Assembly (NCBI GenBank): GCA_963802945.1
Contig: CAWDKY010000053.1
Coordinates: 32,001 to 96,000, forward strand
From: an uncultured delta proteobacterium
GTDB lineage: Bacteria > Desulfobacterota > RBG-13-43-22
DNA: 64,000 nucleotides
Reading direction: 5' to 3'
Numbering within the stretch: position 1 is the stretch's first letter; the number at the start of each line of letters is the position of its first letter. The notes beneath the pieces were generated by a model. That model saw nothing but the letters and a program-made list of their open reading frames with translations. It was not told where the DNA came from and ran no database searches. Position numbers and translations under genes: made by a program. This document shows, one piece after another, positions 60,916-64,000 of this stretch.

Positions 60916-62325
60916 TTACTGCGACAGTCTTCTTTTGATTTCTCCGTATTTCACCAGAGCAGACAAGGCGAGAGAGGCATGTTCGACATTGTCGAACTGA
61001 GGTATATTATATTCCCTCAAAGTATCGTCGATAGATGGCAGGCGTCGCCAAAATAACGCAATCATAGGCTTGCCGTATTTTTGTGGAATCCTTCCGAACG
61101 CGTCCACGGCATCTATTATATGTTTTCTGCGTTCTGCATGTGTCGGCTTGTAACTCCTGTCCCTGGGTACGAGGGTCAAAATTGCGTCTACCGAATCAAG
61201 TGACGCCAGCGCATCAAATACCCGCATTTCCTGTTCCGAGTCAAAATTTCCGGCGGCAAAATCCACAGGATTACTTGGATTCGGTGCATGCGGAGGCAAC
61301 ATACTCTTAAGTCTTGCGGCATCCTCCTTTGTAAATTCGGGAACTTCCATACCCAGAGCCACTATATTATCCGAAGCAACAACGCCCTGCCCGCCGTTTG
61401 CAAGTATGCCTATTCTCTTCCCTTTCGGCAAAGGCTGGCTGAAAAGCGGTTCCGCCATAATGAAAAGATGCTCTAGCTGATTTACTCTTATAATTCCCGC
61501 CTGCCTGCATATGGCGTCTAAAACATCGTCCGATCCGGCTATCGAAGCGGTATGAGACATCGTAGCACGGGCGCCCACGTAGGAACGGCCGCCTTTCATC
61601 AGCAAGATCGGTTTTTTTGCCGCTACTTTTCTCGCGACTTCGAAAAATCTGGCACCGTCTTTAAACCCTTCCATATACATCGTGATGACTTTTGTATCGT
61701 CGTCGTAGCTAAGGTATTCCAGGAAATCAGTTGCGGTTAAATCCCCCTGATTGCCGATGGCTATAAATTTGCTGAGACCATAACCTCTGTCACTGGTGAG
61801 GCGGTTTGCAATCCCGCCGAAACTGCCGCTTTGACTGATGAAAGCGACCGGACCGGACATGCGATCTTCGATGGGGGTTATATTAAGGTTGGAAGCGGAA
61901 CACCAGATACCGTTGCAATTCGGACCTACAAACCGCAAATTCCCCGCTCTGGCGATTTTTGCGGTTTCTTCTTCCAGCCTCTTCCCTGTCTCTCCTGTTT
62001 CGGCAAAATCGGCAGAAATGATAACGCCTCCTTTGACTCCTTTTTCAACGCAGGCCGTCATGACTACCGGCACCTGGGCAGCCATGACGGTGAAAACAGC
62101 CAGCTCCACCTCGCCGGGAATATCGCGAACATCGGCATAAGCCTTAACTCCCATGAGTTCTTTCGCCTTTGGATTTACGGGATAAATATTGCCCCTATAG
62201 TTTGACTGCAGCGCTCTGCGGAGCAATCTTCCGCCCCATTTTTCCATCGTACTGCTAGCCCCTATAATGGCTACGGATTTCGGCTTGAATATATGATCAA
62301 GCTGTTCAACTATTGTTTCCGACAT
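60916..62325 (-). CDS. NDP-forming acyl-CoA synthetase alpha subunit
   Basis: PKSVAIIGAS, GPNCNG, SQSG, GNQGD, SHTASIAG, NPVD. Confidence 0.92.
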   Translation of the reverse strand: MSETIVEQLDHIFKPKSVAIIGASSTMEKWGGRLLRRALQSNYRGNIYPVNPKAKELMGVKAYADVRDIPGEVELAVFTVMAAQVPVVMTACVEKGVKGGVIISADFAETGETGKRLEEETAKIARAGNLRFVGPNCNGIWCSASNLNITPIEDRMSGPVAFISQSGSFGGIANRLTSDRGYGLSKFIAIGNQGDLTATDFLEYLSYDDDTKVITMYMEGFKDGARFFEVARKVAAKKPILLMKGGRSYVGARATMSHTASIAGSDDVLDAICRQAGIIRVNQLEHLFIMAEPLFSQPLPKGKRIGILANGGQGVVASDNIVALGMEVPEFTKEDAARLKSMLPPHAPNPSNPVDFAAGNFDSEQEMRVFDALASLDSVDAILTLVPRDRSYKPTHAERRKHIIDAVDAFGRIPQKYGKPMIALFWRRLPSIDDTLREYNIPQFDNVEHASLALSALVKYGEIKRRLSQ

Positions 62326-62428
62326 CTTAAACTCCTGTTGTTATCACATTCAGTTTGCTTTTCGAATTGCTGCCACAGGGCGAGACGGTTCCGTTTAAGG
62401 CGTTAAGTTGCAAATTTGCTTCAAACGG

Positions 62429-62699
62429 TGTATATCTTCAGGCCTTTTTGGACAGATGTTGTTATGGCGAGTTTTCACTTTGATACTGGTCTGAGCCATC
62501 ATTGTTAGTACCGTTGCCGTAGAAGTTGTACTTCTTTCTCCGCTGCATGGTCAATTGTTTTTTTTCTTTTCTCTTCCGTAGGATGGCCTCCTTTCTTCCC
62601 GCATAGACATCATTGGGGGATACGTTGCTCAAAGCTTCATGCGGAGTACCGTTATAGATTGCTATGGCTTCATCAATGGCCTTTTTGAGTTCATCGTCT
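62429..62699 (-). pseudogene. IS481/IS3-like transposase C-terminal remnant with terminal repeat
   Basis: YN..PHEAL.NVSP.DVY.GR...IL..R; end TGTATATCTTCAGG...GGACA at 62429-62454. Confidence 0.7.
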
Positions 62700-62752
62700 A
62701 AATCGGGGGACACCACACTAATTTCTTAGTGAATGGTCGGGGGTCAAGCCAG
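62700..62752. repeat. 53-bp direct repeat, copy 2
   Basis: Identical to 60354-60406. Confidence 0.9.
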
Positions 62753-62845
62753 AGACGGACGGCTATTGACAAACGCTTAGCAATTACCTAAAATTGACCT
62801 TAACCAATTTCCCTGTATCCGTGGGAACACGGGAAAGGAGATACC

Positions 62846-63325
62846 ATGACCGAAGGTGCACCGAGCCAACCAGAAAGACGCAACCACGAACACCGCCACC
62901 ATCATGAAAAAGAAGAGGAAAAACAGGGCGAAAAAAACGAAAAATCCCGCAATGAGAAGAACTGGGACGAAAAGTGGCGCCGCGATCCCGTTCACACGAT
63001 TACCTGGGCAGCCATCTTAATCTGGGCAGGGCTGGCACTGCTCGCCGAGACCAGCGGTTGGGGTTACACCGCTTTCGGCCGGTGGAACACCTGGGCGGTT
63101 ATCATGGCTGGTGCCGGCGCTATCTTAATCCTGGCCGCCCTGATTCGCCTGATGAAGCCGGAACACCGCCGTCCCATCCTCGGCACCCTGATTCTGGGGT
63201 TTGTCTTCCTGGGTGTGGGGCTGAGCGAAATGACGGCCGTGGGCTGGGGACTTATCGGCGGAATCGTTCTCATCGTGATCGGCATCACCATTATTTTCAG
63301 GGGCATTTTCCACCAGCGCCGATAA
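62846..63325 (+). CDS. Hypothetical 4-TM membrane protein with a charged N-terminus
   Basis: AAGGAG RBS; EK-rich N-terminus, EKWRRDP, four hydrophobic segments. Confidence 0.8.
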   Translation: MTEGAPSQPERRNHEHRHHHEKEEEKQGEKNEKSRNEKNWDEKWRRDPVHTITWAAILIWAGLALLAETSGWGYTAFGRWNTWAVIMAGAGAILILAALIRLMKPEHRRPILGTLILGFVFLGVGLSEMTAVGWGLIGGIVLIVIGITIIFRGIFHQRR

Positions 63326-63367
63326 GAATCCTAAAAAAGCAACGTAATATTAGTTTCCTCGCCTCTG

Positions 63368-64000
63368 CTAAAGTCTATCCAGGTTCATGGTGCTGAACTC
63401 GTTCCAGAAATGGTAGAGCGGCATCCACCACTTCTCCCGCCCGATACAGCGGAAGTACGGCGGTCGGTACGCCCGTATCAGGTCGCCGATTTTATAACGG
63501 GGGAGCACTGGCGTAGAAACAATTAGACTGCCTATCTCCCCGGGCTTCATTTCATACAGCATCTTAACCCTTGAACCGATCTGCACCTCGAAGAAGAACA
63601 TGTCGTAATTCGGCACCCAAGCGCGGATTTTATCTCTCTGCTGTCCGAACATGCCCTCGGTAGCGCCGTAGATTTCGCGGATAGTCACGTCTCCGTAAAG
63701 GGCAGTCAGCGCCGGCTGATAGCGGGTATTGATACCGGCCACGCTCCCCAGCGTCATAATCTGCACCTTCCAAATATTCTTGGGATAGACGCCATGCTTT
63801 TTTTTCAGGTATTTTCCAAAAAGCAAAACGGTCGGTGCGACGCCACCCACCAGCTTGACATCCTCGTTCCTGCCCTTCTGAAAGGCAAGCTCAAAACGCG
63901 CTTCCCAGTCCCGGACGCTCTTGCCGCCACCTAAGGCGTCGATGTCTTCCTGAACGGGCACATTACGGATGGGAGTAAAAGCCGCGACATATTTCACATA
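63368..64000 (-). CDS. GH3-like acyl-adenylate ligase, 5' part outside the window
   Basis: EIYGATEG.F, FFEV, LIVST..L.RYKIGD, GR. Confidence 0.75.
   Translation of the reverse strand, partial: YVKYVAAFTPIRNVPVQEDIDALGGGKSVRDWEARFELAFQKGRNEDVKLVGGVAPTVLLFGKYLKKKHGVYPKNIWKVQIMTLGSVAGINTRYQPALTALYGDVTIREIYGATEGMFGQQRDKIRAWVPNYDMFFFEVQIGSRVKMLYEMKPGEIGSLIVSTPVLPRYKIGDLIRAYRPPYFRCIGREKWWMPLYHFWNEFSTMNLDRL

Overview
64 kb of bacterial chromosome. The gene content (family III CoA-transferases, NDP-forming acyl-CoA synthetases, Liv-type ABC systems, Fe-ADH, LarA) suggests an anaerobic Desulfobacterota/Syntrophales-like organism; this is inference only. Layout: (1) 1-9 kb, a decayed integron-cassette-like region with two good attC sites, several attC remnants, a barnase/barstar pair, a HigBA-type TA module and a solo TIR-like gene; (2) 9-31 kb, acyl-CoA/organic-acid catabolic genes, a TonB receptor between IS110 and IS1380 remnants, and a Liv-type ABC operon; (3) 31.5-37 kb, a CbbQ/NorQ-type AAA+ ATPase with a 1469-aa VWA partner carrying a long 37/37/41-aa helical repeat region; (4) 37.5-49.7 kb, a second ABC operon, two CoA-transferases and a cstA / small protein / twin ArsA(Get3) operon; (5) 49.8-60.2 kb, a defence island (VapBC, two ORF6N genes, AAA-DUF4143, type I R-M) punctuated by a thrice-repeated leader; (6) 60.3-64 kb, a mosaic tail. 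The most striking unexplained signal is that the variable segment of both ORF6N genes is encoded by perfect DNA palindromes of different sequence, one of them tandemly duplicated. Many genes after about 43.7 kb carry 1-nt frameshifts, probably consensus errors. No rRNA, tRNA, CRISPR array or integron integrase was seen. All family calls are by motif recognition, not database search.
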